Origin: Candidatus Aminicenantes bacterium
GTDB taxonomy: Bacteria > Acidobacteriota > Aminicenantia > Aminicenantales > UBA4085
Direction: 5' to 3'
NCBI GenBank assembly: GCA_026393905.1
Contig: JAPKZH010000500.1
Coordinates: forward strand, 1 to 41,015
DNA: 41,015 nt
Part shown: piece by piece, positions 7,535 to 17,474 of the stretch
Position numbering within the stretch: the stretch's first letter is position 1
Layout of the letters: each line of letters starts with the position of its first letter
Program-made: the position numbers and the translations under genes
The notes under the pieces: generated by a model
Databases searched by the model: none
What the model was told of the DNA's origin: nothing
The model's input: only the letters and a program-made list of their open reading frames with translations

Positions 7535-8626
7535 TTATTTCCGAGGGTCGAGGAAGATCTTCACTTTGCCCGGCGGGATGTCCTTGACTTTGGCGTGTCC
7601 GCTTGAATCGAGTTTCCCTTCCCGGGTCTCGCCGCTGGCCAGATAAAGCTTGTATTTTTTATTGGCCAGGGGATTCCCCTGATCGTCTTTGAAGGTGAAT
7701 TCGATCCAGTCTCGATAGGTGAGCAGCCCCGAACGCGACTCGCAGTTCTCGACGCCGGCCACGAAATAGAATTCGGGGGCCGAATAGGGCTCGTCCTGCG
7801 TTTTCAGGTTCTTTTCCTCCAGAGATTCTTGACGAATAACGTATTCCCACTCGGCCTCGATCTTGTCGCCTTGAACTTGGGTCTCGATGGTCACGTGGAG
7901 AATATCGGGCTTATTAATGTCCCGCCTGAAAACCTGAAAGACGCCTTTTGTTCCGTTTTCGAACCCGATGGTTTCGGCCGTCAGCTTGACCTTCTCTCCG
8001 ACTTCGGGATTGTTTTTTGACCACTTGGCGCTGTGGACGCTGAATAGCTGAGCATTACACTGGCCGGCGTTCAATGCATCGCGGCAGATCCGGCCGTCCG
8101 GCTTCAAAACTCCCTTTGACTCTTTGCCACTAGGGTCGGTAAATTTGTAATGAACGCCGCTGACCGGTTTGCCGGCTTTATCGACGAACTCAAACTCGAC
8201 CCAGTGCTCTGCTTTCGTCGAAGCTTCCTTGTTATCAGAAAGCGCTGTAGCGGCGGCGATATGCGCTGCGGCTGCAGAACTAAGGCCGACTTTGATCGGT
8301 CCCGGCCCTGCGGCGGCTCCAGCCATTGTCTCACCGATCAGGACCGTAAAACAGCCTAGGGCAATCATATCCGGGGGCCCAACGCACATAGCCATGTCTC
8401 CCATTCGTGCGGCCGGCATCCCGCCAATCAAAACTCCAAAACTCCCCAGGATGACAGGTCCCCCGACATGAGGAATGGGGGGAACGCCTGGAGTGAGCAT
8501 CGGGCAGACATGCATATCTGATATCCGCGCGGCCGGCATCCCGCCGATGAGGACGGTCGGCCACCCCATGACGATCGCCCCGCCATGGGCCGTCATATCG
8601 CCGATTCGCGCCGCCGGTTTTCCCAT
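7535..8626 (-). CDS. PAAR-domain spike-tip protein with a ~260-aa C-terminal beta-sandwich (transthyretin/carboxypeptidase-regulatory-like) extension
   Basis: 363-aa ORF starting at ATG with an AGGAAGGAGAG SD, ending at TAA. Three PAAR motifs (KPAARIGD, MPAARISD, MPAARMGD) lie within aa 1-100 and are followed by an Ala/Gly linker. Two W[IV]EF.F.D..G.P......Y.......G....G.L...G modules follow. It lies immediately downstream of vgrG. Confidence 0.9.
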   Translation of the reverse strand: MGKPAARIGDMTAHGGAIVMGWPTVLIGGMPAARISDMHVCPMLTPGVPPIPHVGGPVILGSFGVLIGGMPAARMGDMAMCVGPPDMIALGCFTVLIGETMAGAAAGPGPIKVGLSSAAAAHIAAATALSDNKEASTKAEHWVEFEFVDKAGKPVSGVHYKFTDPSGKESKGVLKPDGRICRDALNAGQCNAQLFSVHSAKWSKNNPEVGEKVKLTAETIGFENGTKGVFQVFRRDINKPDILHVTIETQVQGDKIEAEWEYVIRQESLEEKNLKTQDEPYSAPEFYFVAGVENCESRSGLLTYRDWIEFTFKDDQGNPLANKKYKLYLASGETREGKLDSSGHAKVKDIPPGKVKIFLDPRK

Positions 8627-8654
8627 TCTCTCCTTCCTCGCTCTGAACGAGCCC

Positions 8655-10844
8655 CTAATTGATCATAACAACGCCGCCCTTAATCGTCGTCATCCCGCTT
8701 CCACTCACATTCGTCATCGGGCTTTCAAGATTGGCCATCAGCCCGCCTTTGGCCTCGAGCATCATGCCTCCCTCGATCTTCGCATTCATATCCGCTTTCA
8801 TTTCAGTATTCAGGCCTTTCAGCTTCAGGTCCATGTTGGCTTTCGCGGAAATGCCCATATCGGCCTTTAAATCGTAATTCGCGCACTTCTCCTTGATATC
8901 GGCGCTCGCTTCCATCTCGTAGTTTCCGCTAGCTTCGCATTTGATGTTGGCCGCCTTGAGCGACGTGTCCGCTGAGGTTTCGATGTTCAGCGTCGTGGCC
9001 TTGATTTCGATCGTCCCGTTCGGCGCGTGCATGTCGATGCTCCCATCCTTTGTCTTGATGACGAGCTTGTTGTTGGTGATATCGATGATGAAGATATTCG
9101 CGTCGGCTTTATCGGCCACGGTGATGCTTTCCCCTCCGCTCGAATCGTCGATGCACAGGCGGTGGCCGTTCTTGCTCTGGACGGTGATCTTGGTGTTTTT
9201 ATCATCCATGATCATCAGGTGGCCGTCGGTCGTCTGAACGGTGATATTCTTGTTTTTGTCATCGAACGTGAACTTGTGTTTCTTGGTGGTCACGATCTCA
9301 ATCTTATCGTCTTTATCATCCAGCAAGACTTTATGGCCATCCGTCGTGGTGATCCCGATTTGAGACTCATTTGTTTTGTCGTCCAGGACGATCTCGTTTC
9401 CCGCGGCCGTACGGATGATGCTTTGAGATTTATTATCTCTGGTCACAGGAGAGACTTGGGAGGGGTTGGGGACCGTGCCAAGGCCGATCGGCCGGTCCAG
9501 ATCTCCGTTGATGCAGGAAAAAATCATTTCTGTATCCGCATGGTTGGGAAAATGGACGCCGTATCCCGGACCAGAATAAGGCTGGATCAGGCGAATCGGC
9601 CGGGAGGCCTCTCCGTTTGTCTTATCACTCAAGTCGAACAAAAGTTTAGCTTTGTAGCGGCCGTGGTCATCGACGAAAGCATATTCATCTCCGGCTCCGG
9701 ATTCTACCCTGGCCGTCATAACGCCCGGGATGGTGGGGACGGGCGTAATCCGAGGTGGACGATACTTGATCTCCATCGGAATCGCCTCAAAAACGTTCTC
9801 GAAGGTGGGGAGGACTTGCTTGGCTTCAGGCAGGATGGCGAACAGACCCCGCTGTGTCCCGCGGGAAACGACTTTGGTGAGGATCAATTCCTTGTCATTC
9901 CAGTCGTCGCGATAGTGTTTTCCCATTTTGAACTTGAAACCCGCCAGGAAAAGCCGGCAATCGCCTCGCCCTTTGAAGATTTTGCTCCGGGACAGGATTT
10001 CCTCGTTCCTCACTTTGGCCAGGAACTCCCCCTCGCGGGTCTCTTTGTAATGATCGCCGTATTCATAATACAGGCCGGGCGCATCCGGGTCGATCTGGCT
10101 CTCCACCGTCAAATCTTTCGAAGGAAAGCGATAGTTGTAATTCTTGAGCCGGACCAGTCCGGTGACGACCTGGGCCTGGTAGGAAATCTCGTCAATCGTC
10201 TCCTTCTGGCTCAAGGGATCACTGTTGGGATTGTAGTAGATATCCTCGGCCTGCTCGATCGACGGCAAGGTATCGTTGGAGTCCGTAAAAACGATCACAT
10301 CGTTCTCGCTGCGATGATCAAAGTAATAGAAAATGCCGTAGTGCTCCAGGCGGCGGTTGATGAAATCAAAATTCGTCTCTCGGAATTGGACGGCGTACTC
10401 GAGATCGGGATAGGATTCTCGGAGGTCAAACTTGTAATCCTGCCCTGAGAAGCCGGAATTCTTGAGGACTTGAGTGACGATCTTCTCGACGTTCATTTTC
10501 TGGAAGACTTCGTTGGCAAACGTCAGCTCCAGGCGCCACATCTTTGGCACGAGCTCGGCATAATACGAGATATAGCGAGGGGTTCTGCCGCGCTGCTCGA
10601 AACGCGAGATGATGCCCTGGATTTTGACCGGATCCTCATCTCCTCTGTTCAGGATAAAGGTGGCCTTTTTATTAAGGATGGCGGCGGGATCAAGCTCCGG
10701 CTCATAAGAAAGGAGTTCGATGCGGTAGATGAAAAGCCGGGAGATCGATTCCTCTCCCTCGAAGGCGAGGACGTGGACAGTATCCTCCGGGAGTCCGCTG
10801 AAGTGGAGTTCAAAGTGAGGTTTATTGTGTTTTGGTTTCGCCAT
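8655..10844 (-). CDS. vgrG: T6SS spike protein VgrG (TssI)
   Basis: gp27/gp5-like sequence with no C-terminal effector domain. The C-terminal beta-helix repeats (ITTTDGHKVLLDDKDDKIEIVT, ITVQTTDGHLMIMDDKNTKITVQS) end in GGVVMIN. I moved the start to ATG 10844 (AGAGAGG SD) rather than ATG 10859. Stop is TAG. Confidence 0.93.
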   Translation of the reverse strand: MAKPKHNKPHFELHFSGLPEDTVHVLAFEGEESISRLFIYRIELLSYEPELDPAAILNKKATFILNRGDEDPVKIQGIISRFEQRGRTPRYISYYAELVPKMWRLELTFANEVFQKMNVEKIVTQVLKNSGFSGQDYKFDLRESYPDLEYAVQFRETNFDFINRRLEHYGIFYYFDHRSENDVIVFTDSNDTLPSIEQAEDIYYNPNSDPLSQKETIDEISYQAQVVTGLVRLKNYNYRFPSKDLTVESQIDPDAPGLYYEYGDHYKETREGEFLAKVRNEEILSRSKIFKGRGDCRLFLAGFKFKMGKHYRDDWNDKELILTKVVSRGTQRGLFAILPEAKQVLPTFENVFEAIPMEIKYRPPRITPVPTIPGVMTARVESGAGDEYAFVDDHGRYKAKLLFDLSDKTNGEASRPIRLIQPYSGPGYGVHFPNHADTEMIFSCINGDLDRPIGLGTVPNPSQVSPVTRDNKSQSIIRTAAGNEIVLDDKTNESQIGITTTDGHKVLLDDKDDKIEIVTTKKHKFTFDDKNKNITVQTTDGHLMIMDDKNTKITVQSKNGHRLCIDDSSGGESITVADKADANIFIIDITNNKLVIKTKDGSIDMHAPNGTIEIKATTLNIETSADTSLKAANIKCEASGNYEMEASADIKEKCANYDLKADMGISAKANMDLKLKGLNTEMKADMNAKIEGGMMLEAKGGLMANLESPMTNVSGSGMTTIKGGVVMIN

Positions 10845-13473
10845 GGCTGCCTCTCTCATTGAAGGTATATTTAAAATTGCCCTCTTTGTCCTTGCCGACT
10901 TTGAGATGCGTCGGCGTTTTTCCCTCGGCCATGAAGCCGAGCAGATAAGTCGCTATATCCGGAGTGATTTTGCGGTCAATGATCGCGTCGATGTTTCTGG
11001 CTCCCGTCTCTGCGCTGGTGCAGGATTCGACAATGTCTTTGATAACGGCTTTGGCAAATTCCACTTCAAGCTTCTGGTTCTCCTTGAGCTTGCGGCTGAT
11101 TCGGGAAAGCTTCAGCTCCACAATTTGCTTCAGGACGTCCTGGTTGAGAGGGAGGAGAAGAATGGGCTTGACGCGGCCGAGAAACTCGGGCCGGAAATGC
11201 TGGATGAGATAGGGACGCATCTCTTCCAGAAGCCCATCGGGAGAAGTCACTCCCTGCTCGATTTTTTTAAAGATGACCTCCGAAGCCAGGTTGGAAGTCA
11301 TGAAGATGATCGTGTTGTTGAAGCTGATCTGCCGTCGCTCCGAATCCTGGAGCATCCCCCGGTCGAAAACCTGCATGAAGAGGTCGATGACGGAGTGGTT
11401 GGCTTTCTCGATCTCATCTAGGAGGACCACGCAATAGGGACGGCGGCGGACCGGCTCGCTGAGCGCTCCTCCTTCTCCGTAGCCGATAAGTCCAGGATCG
11501 GCACCGATGAGGCGCGAGGTGTTGTATTCGTTCTGGTACTCCGTCATGTTCAGGGTCACGATGAACCTTTCGTCTCCGAACAGAGCCTCGGCGACCGCCC
11601 GGGCAAGCTCGGTCTTCCCAACTCCGCTCGGCCCGATGAGGAAGAAAACTCCGATCGGAGCTTCTTCCCTTTTCAGCCCGACTTTTGTCCCCCGGATTAC
11701 GTCCGCGATCTGCTTGATAGCATGGTCCTGACCGATGACTCGCTTCTTAAGCTCTTCCTCCATCTGGAGGATGGTGGCCATCTCGTCCCGAGTCATCTTG
11801 CCGACGGGGATGCCCGTCCAGGACTCGATGACTTCGGCCACAGTCATAGGGGTGACATCGGCAAAGACTTGAGGATGGTCTCCCTGGTACGTTTTGATCT
11901 CTTCGCTGAGAGCCGTGGTGTCTTTCTCGATCTGGACACGGTCAGGGGATTTTGGATCCGCCGCGAATTTTTTTATGCGGAGCTCTCTCAGCTTGTTGAT
12001 GAGTTCAACCTCTTTCTTCCAGCGCTCCTCCTTTTCCTGGATCTCCTTTTCCAGCTGGGATTTTTCTTCGTTCAAGCGCGACAGCTCCTGCGAGTTATCC
12101 ATGATCTTCAGGTCATGATCTTTTTCGAGCGCGGCAATTTTCAGCTTATAGGAATTCAGGTCGCTCAGGAGGAGCGCCAGGCTCGGAGGCCGGCTGGTCA
12201 GCGACATCTTCACCCGGGTGGCCGCTGTATCGAGAAGGTCAATCGCCTTGTCGGGAAGCTGGCGGCCGGCAATGTACTTACGAGAAAGCTTGACGGCGGT
12301 CTCGACGGCGGTGTCGGAGATATGGATTCCGTGATAGGCTTCGTATTTGGTCTTGATCCCCCGGAGCATGAGCATGGCTTTCTCATCATCCGGCTCGCCG
12401 ATATGGATCGGCTGGAAACGGCGTTCCAGGGCGGCATCCTTGGCGAAGTACTTGTTGTATTCGAGATAGGTCGTCGCCGCGACGGCCCGAAAGTCGCCGC
12501 GGGCCAGGGCGGGCTTGAGGAGGTTAGCCGCATCGCCGCCCCCCGCCGACGCACCCGCGCCGACGAGGGTATGAGCCTCATCGATAAACAGGATGGTTTT
12601 ATGGATGGACTTGGTGACCTCGTTGATGACGGCCTTGAACCGCTGCTCAAATTCGCCGCGCATCTTTGTCCCAGCCTGCAGAGCGCCCAGGTCAAGGGTG
12701 TGGATCTGGACATTCTTGAGGACATCGGGGACCTCATCGGCGGCAATTTTGAGCGCCAGGCCTTCGACCACGGCCGTCTTCCCCACTCCCGGCTCGCCCA
12801 GGAGAATGGGGTTTGATTTTTTCCTTCGGCTCAAAACTTCGGTGATCTGGATGATCTCGTCATCGCGGCCCAGGATCGGGTCAATCTTTCCTTCCTTGGC
12901 CTGAGCCGTAAGGTTGGTGGTGTAGATATCGAGCACGCTTCCGCCCGGGGGAATTTCCCTGGCCTGTTCGGCCGGCAGAGTCTCCATGGCAGCCGCCTCA
13001 TCCTCCACCGATCCGGTCACGAACTTGTGAAACTCTGTGGTCAGTTCCTCCTGGTTGATCCTGGAAAGGACATCCATCAACCCGGTGCTGATGATCTGTT
13101 CTGAAGCGATAAAGACCTCAAAGAGAGCGCCCGAACGGATCTTGGTCTCTTTGTGGTGGACGGAGCTTGTGATCCAGGCCTGTTCCAGGAGTTCGGTCAA
13201 CAGGGGAGAGAGCTTGGGCTTTCCCGGATTGCCCGTGGCCATCTCGTCCAGGTTTCGGGTGCAAATCTCCTGGACGCGGCCGGAATCGATGGCATAGTGT
13301 TTCAAGATGAGCGGGACATCTCCCTGTCCGTCCTCGATGAGGGAGTTCAAGAGGTGTTCCATCGTGATTTCGTAGTTTCCTCTCTTGATTCCTATTCCCG
13401 TTGCCGTGTCAAGGTTCCGGATGAGGTGGTTGTTGAGTTTGAGGAGGAGTGCCCTTAGGTCTTTGCTTTTCAT
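10822..13473 (-). CDS. clpV: T6SS AAA+ ATPase ClpV (TssH)
   Basis: 883 aa with a ClpB-like architecture. Two Walker A motifs (GEPGVGKTAVVEGLA, GPSGVGKTELARAVA), a coiled-coil middle region and a ClpV-type N domain. Its end overlaps the vgrG start by 23 nt. Confidence 0.95.
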   Translation of the reverse strand: MKSKDLRALLLKLNNHLIRNLDTATGIGIKRGNYEITMEHLLNSLIEDGQGDVPLILKHYAIDSGRVQEICTRNLDEMATGNPGKPKLSPLLTELLEQAWITSSVHHKETKIRSGALFEVFIASEQIISTGLMDVLSRINQEELTTEFHKFVTGSVEDEAAAMETLPAEQAREIPPGGSVLDIYTTNLTAQAKEGKIDPILGRDDEIIQITEVLSRRKKSNPILLGEPGVGKTAVVEGLALKIAADEVPDVLKNVQIHTLDLGALQAGTKMRGEFEQRFKAVINEVTKSIHKTILFIDEAHTLVGAGASAGGGDAANLLKPALARGDFRAVAATTYLEYNKYFAKDAALERRFQPIHIGEPDDEKAMLMLRGIKTKYEAYHGIHISDTAVETAVKLSRKYIAGRQLPDKAIDLLDTAATRVKMSLTSRPPSLALLLSDLNSYKLKIAALEKDHDLKIMDNSQELSRLNEEKSQLEKEIQEKEERWKKEVELINKLRELRIKKFAADPKSPDRVQIEKDTTALSEEIKTYQGDHPQVFADVTPMTVAEVIESWTGIPVGKMTRDEMATILQMEEELKKRVIGQDHAIKQIADVIRGTKVGLKREEAPIGVFFLIGPSGVGKTELARAVAEALFGDERFIVTLNMTEYQNEYNTSRLIGADPGLIGYGEGGALSEPVRRRPYCVVLLDEIEKANHSVIDLFMQVFDRGMLQDSERRQISFNNTIIFMTSNLASEVIFKKIEQGVTSPDGLLEEMRPYLIQHFRPEFLGRVKPILLLPLNQDVLKQIVELKLSRISRKLKENQKLEVEFAKAVIKDIVESCTSAETGARNIDAIIDRKITPDIATYLLGFMAEGKTPTHLKVGKDKEGNFKYTFNERGSHGETKTQ

Positions 13474-13517
13474 ATTAACCCCTTAATCGATGAGATGAAT
13501 GGCCTTCCCAATGAGTC

Positions 13518-14552
13518 TCAGGCTTGCGTCCTGGAAAAACGTTCGTAAGGATAGTCGACCTCGACAAACTCCTGGCGAGGCCGGCCGAGCCACAGGCTGA
13601 CTCCGAGTCCGAGCCGGCGATCATTCCAGGGGACTCTTCCGATACTGTCGGATCTGAGAATAAATTTAATGTCAAACTCCAGCCCGTCATGAAGATAAAG
13701 CTGAAGCAAGTCCTTGAGAAGCAAGGCGTTTACGGAACCCGGCGTGAAGTCCAGATATTCTTCGAAATCCAACGGGCCGATCTCAACGCAGATCCGTCCG
13801 CACCAATCGAGCACGGATCGCCCCAGGATACTAAATCGGGAGAGCTGGTAGGACCGATCGCCGTGGCGCGATCCCAGTTCCGGCAATTGCTCCAGTTGAA
13901 CCCGGCGGGGAACGAACTCTTGAATCCGGAACCCGAACCGGGGAAAATGCTCCTTCAGAATAATCAAGAGGCCCATCTTGTTCCGGACCCGATGGCTGAG
14001 AACGCTGGAAAGCCGGAACAGCTTGAACTGGGAAGGCCAGTCGGTCTTTTCATCGGCCGGACCAAGCTGTCCCGTGAAGGCAAAGATGCGCTGGAAGATT
14101 TTGTTATTCATATCTCCGCTGAGCTGGAGATAGTAGCGGTATTTCTTCCAGGCCTGATAATAGAGCCAATAAAGCCGGGTGTTGAAAATATCCAGGAAGT
14201 TTTGGAGAGGGACCTTTCCGGGGCCATGGATGTTTTGCTGCAGGGCGACTTGTTCGTGGTAGCAGCGGGGCAGCGGCGAATCGATCCCGTACAGGCCAAA
14301 AAAGTTGAGGACGAAGGTCATGGTGTTGTCTTCAAACTCGAAGGACCGAATGTCCCTGGCCGGAAAGACATACTGTTCATAGGGCCGAAACCGGAGGCCT
14401 TTCTGATCAAATTTGGCGTCGTCGCGGTCGGGATGGATGCTTTTGCTGATCTTCTCCGCCAGGAAAATGGCAAAAAAGACATTGTATTCCGGTGCCCTCC
14501 GGCGAAAGTCTTCGATCAGACGGGCAAGATCTGTCCGAGTTTCGGCGGCCAT
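13518..14552 (-). CDS. tssG: T6SS baseplate protein TssG
   Basis: 344 aa. The position after tssF and the N-terminal pattern (NVFFAIFLAEKI... FPARDI... FFGLYGIDSPLP) are typical of TssG. Its start overlaps the tssF end by 37 nt. Confidence 0.88.
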   Translation of the reverse strand: MAAETRTDLARLIEDFRRRAPEYNVFFAIFLAEKISKSIHPDRDDAKFDQKGLRFRPYEQYVFPARDIRSFEFEDNTMTFVLNFFGLYGIDSPLPRCYHEQVALQQNIHGPGKVPLQNFLDIFNTRLYWLYYQAWKKYRYYLQLSGDMNNKIFQRIFAFTGQLGPADEKTDWPSQFKLFRLSSVLSHRVRNKMGLLIILKEHFPRFGFRIQEFVPRRVQLEQLPELGSRHGDRSYQLSRFSILGRSVLDWCGRICVEIGPLDFEEYLDFTPGSVNALLLKDLLQLYLHDGLEFDIKFILRSDSIGRVPWNDRRLGLGVSLWLGRPRQEFVEVDYPYERFSRTQA

Positions 14553-16375
14553 GTATGAAGCTTTTTCGTCCCCGTCTCTACTAAAGTCAGGATGACGGAA
14601 GAATTGATGGTTACGTATTGGGAAAGAAAACGGCTGAGCACCGACCCAAAAAGCTCGATATCTCCCTCCCCGTTCTCAAAGAGGTTCTCGTCGATCTCCA
14701 TCTTGAACTCAATTCCTCGCATGAGGCCCTGATCGCGGAGGATATATTTTGTCGCCGGAGGATGGATTTTCGTGACGGCCTGGATCTTCTTCTTGTAGGG
14801 ATTGTTGATTTCTTGGTGCCAATTGTATAAGCTCAGCAAAGTCTTCAGCGTTTCGGCATTGGCCAGCGTCGTGTAGCTCAGCGTCAGATGGGAAAGAAGG
14901 GCCCAGAGGAAATTTTTTCGTTCCGGGCAGGACAGGACGTCTGAAGGGGTCGTCAGGCTGGCGACTTCGACCCCGGCCGGAAAGTTGACGGTCTGGTTGA
15001 TGGCGCCGACCTCAAGATACTTGGCCGGCAAGAACCCATTCGACAGCGTCGCTTCCTGAATGCTCAGAGTTTCCTTGGGAAATGTATCCTGCTCGAGGCT
15101 GGAACTGAAGATCCGGATATAGGTTTCAGCCACATCGCCTTTGACCGGACGGGTCATGACCGAATAAAAACGCTTGTATTCGTATTCCGGATCGCTCGTA
15201 TCAAGAATCTCATAGGAGGTCACGGGCACATACTTGTATTGCTGGAGCTTGTTCTCGCTGACACCGATGACTTTATTGACGGAGTAGATTTCCCGGCTTT
15301 TTCGTCTGTCACCGTCGGGAAGAATATAGTATTCAGGCAATCTCTGGTCCACGATGACTTCCTCCGTCGGCCGGTCGAAAAGATTGACAATCGGTGTGCA
15401 GTGGAGAAGGACGTTCTTGAGCGTCGGCCGGCACTCCGCCGACAGCCGCCGGTTCAAATGGATCATAATCTCAAAAGGATGGCCATCCGGAGACGCGGGA
15501 AAAGCGTCGAGTCCCTCGATGGCGACGGAGAAGAACCGCTCTTGGCAAGAAAAATATTCTTGAAGGAGTCGGTAGCCGGTGAAAATTTGCTGAGGGTAGG
15601 GGAGGATCGCGTACGATTCCGGCTCGTCATCGAAGACTTCGGAGAGGCCCGGAATCCCGATCTTGAAATGGGCGATCTCTTGAAAAGCCGAAGGTTGAGG
15701 AGAGAGCTCCCGGACAGAAATCCGGGAAACATGCTTTGTCAGAAAGAGGAGCAACGTATGGCGGAGATAATCCGATCCGTGAAGATAGAGCATGAGTCTT
15801 TTCAATTCGAGCAGGCTGTAGCTGACGTTGCGCTGAGGATGGACCTGAAGGACTAGGGCGGACCCACCGTCAGGAAGCTCTTCCACCCGGATCTCCTTCA
15901 AATGCATGGGACGAACCACCAGATCCTGAGTCGTGCGGAAGATGAATTCTGCCGGCTCGCTTTTCTCGATCGTCCTTTCCGTCTCTTGGGGTCCGGCCGC
16001 CACTTTGTATTTGACCTGATATCTGCCGGTTGACGTCTGGACTTCGCTGCCTTTCGGGACCAACACAGGCTTGGCCAGCACGTTCGGGACGGGACGGACT
16101 TCCAGCATGGCCCAGGAGGGGAAGGGGCGGATCAGATGGGGAAACAGCAACTCGAGCAGGCCTCCGGTAATCTCGGGGAAATCGTCGTCCAAACGCTCGT
16201 GAATCCGGCCGGCCAGAAAGGCAAAACCTTCCAACAGGCGCTCGACAAAGGGGTCTTTTCTCTGCCGTTGGGTCAGCCTCAGTTCGCCGGCAATCCCTTG
16301 ATGCTTCTCGGCGAACCGTTCCCCTTCCTGCTGCAGAAAATTGTATTCCCGTTCGAAATATTTTTTGATATCCAT
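14516..16375 (-). CDS. tssF: T6SS baseplate protein TssF
   Basis: 619 aa. The N-terminus YFEREYNFLQQEGERFAEKH...DPFVERLLEGFAFLAGRIHERLDDDFPE is the canonical TssF signature. The ATG lies 2 nt after the tssE TAG. Confidence 0.92.
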   Translation of the reverse strand: MDIKKYFEREYNFLQQEGERFAEKHQGIAGELRLTQRQRKDPFVERLLEGFAFLAGRIHERLDDDFPEITGGLLELLFPHLIRPFPSWAMLEVRPVPNVLAKPVLVPKGSEVQTSTGRYQVKYKVAAGPQETERTIEKSEPAEFIFRTTQDLVVRPMHLKEIRVEELPDGGSALVLQVHPQRNVSYSLLELKRLMLYLHGSDYLRHTLLLFLTKHVSRISVRELSPQPSAFQEIAHFKIGIPGLSEVFDDEPESYAILPYPQQIFTGYRLLQEYFSCQERFFSVAIEGLDAFPASPDGHPFEIMIHLNRRLSAECRPTLKNVLLHCTPIVNLFDRPTEEVIVDQRLPEYYILPDGDRRKSREIYSVNKVIGVSENKLQQYKYVPVTSYEILDTSDPEYEYKRFYSVMTRPVKGDVAETYIRIFSSSLEQDTFPKETLSIQEATLSNGFLPAKYLEVGAINQTVNFPAGVEVASLTTPSDVLSCPERKNFLWALLSHLTLSYTTLANAETLKTLLSLYNWHQEINNPYKKKIQAVTKIHPPATKYILRDQGLMRGIEFKMEIDENLFENGEGDIELFGSVLSRFLSQYVTINSSVILTLVETGTKKLHTWPPKLGQILPV

Positions 16376-16377
16376 TC

Positions 16378-16824
16378 CTAGTCCTTGACGGCAACAACTT
16401 TGGTCCAGCCCGTCGTCGAAAACTCCGTCAGGAGGATCTCCGTGTGAGCGAAATCCTTGATCGTGATCATGATTTTTAGGAAAAGACGCATATTTTGCTT
16501 GTCAAACTGGGGATTCTCGAGCTTAACCGTGGCGATTCTCGGTTCATACTTTAAGATGGTGTCGCGGATCTGCTTCTTGAGAGGGTCAAACGTGTATCCC
16601 GAATCGATATAGACCTGCATAATGTCCGGCAGCCCGAAATCAGAGAGGTGAGTCAGCGAGCCTTGCCTTGTCCGGAGGACCATGGTCAGGTTTTCGATAA
16701 TGCTTTTCCGGAGTTTCTCTTCCTCGGAGAGCCGTTTGAAAGAGGCGAGATCGGTATCGACGGGTTCAAGGCCCTCATGGGTAAAGTACCCGACTAAAAT
16801 GTCATACAGACTGATATTATCCAT
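16378..16824 (-). CDS. tssE: T6SS baseplate protein TssE (gp25-like)
   Basis: 148 aa with a GPW/gp25-like motif, ENLTMVLRTRQGSLTHLSDFGLPDI. Located between hcp and tssF. Confidence 0.9.
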   Translation of the reverse strand: MDNISLYDILVGYFTHEGLEPVDTDLASFKRLSEEEKLRKSIIENLTMVLRTRQGSLTHLSDFGLPDIMQVYIDSGYTFDPLKKQIRDTILKYEPRIATVKLENPQFDKQNMRLFLKIMITIKDFAHTEILLTEFSTTGWTKVVAVKD

Positions 16825-16931
16825 CTCAGCGTTGGCGAGACCAAAAAAACTAATCTACTCGATCAGACGCTCTTCAAAAAATTAAAAAGTCCAGATAGAG
16901 TTTGAGACGAGGAGGATTTCTAAGATTTTTA

Positions 16932-17414
16932 TTAGAAGGCCACCTCTTGATAAGTCGGGCTTCCCCCTTTTCGTCCGTCTTTATCAGTGGGTTCGTAATT
17001 CCAGGTGAACTTTTCGGCCATGAATTTCACTTCTTCAAGATGGCCGACATTCTCATTCTCCTTGATCTTGGTGGTGGGCATCACGTTCTTGACGGAAACG
17101 ATCGTCGCGTTCTCCAGGATATAATTGAAGTAGGGGGTCTCACTCGCTTCTTTGATTTTGTAAAGAATGATCGTCACTGATTTCATTTTGGTCCCTTCGC
17201 AGCAGTACTGGTAGAGGATGGGCGTGATCTTGTCAATATCCTTGGTCAGAGAAAACGCGGTCAGCCGGCGAGATCCTTGGACCCTGTTGGTTTCCGTTTC
17301 GTAGGGTAGGTAAACCTCGTGATTGAACTCGTAGATGAGACTCGTTCCGTTTTCCCGCGGTCCCTCGAGGGGGCCGTCTGGTCCTTCGACAAACAGTTCT
17401 CCTTTAAAAGCCAT
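16932..17414 (-). CDS. hcp: T6SS inner tube protein Hcp (TssD)
   Basis: 160 aa of Hcp1-family size and sequence character. Strong SD (AAGGAGG). Located directly after tssC. Confidence 0.9.
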   Translation of the reverse strand: MAFKGELFVEGPDGPLEGPRENGTSLIYEFNHEVYLPYETETNRVQGSRRLTAFSLTKDIDKITPILYQYCCEGTKMKSVTIILYKIKEASETPYFNYILENATIVSVKNVMPTTKIKENENVGHLEEVKFMAEKFTWNYEPTDKDGRKGGSPTYQEVAF

Positions 17415-17474
17415 GAAAAAACCTCCTTTAGATTGGATTTAGTTTCAAAAAAGCTCGTTTCAAGGCATTTCGAT

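Noticed and set aside
13524-14558. Long plus-strand ORFs antisense to T6SS and other genes (13524-14558 at 344 aa mirrors tssG; also 9027-10448, 11722-12816, 6492-7646, 36812-37927).
   Set aside because: Each lies entirely inside a minus-strand gene with unmistakable family signatures. Their translations are low-complexity (Gly, Arg, Leu, Asp rich) with no recognisable motifs. These are typical shadow ORFs of codon-biased genes.
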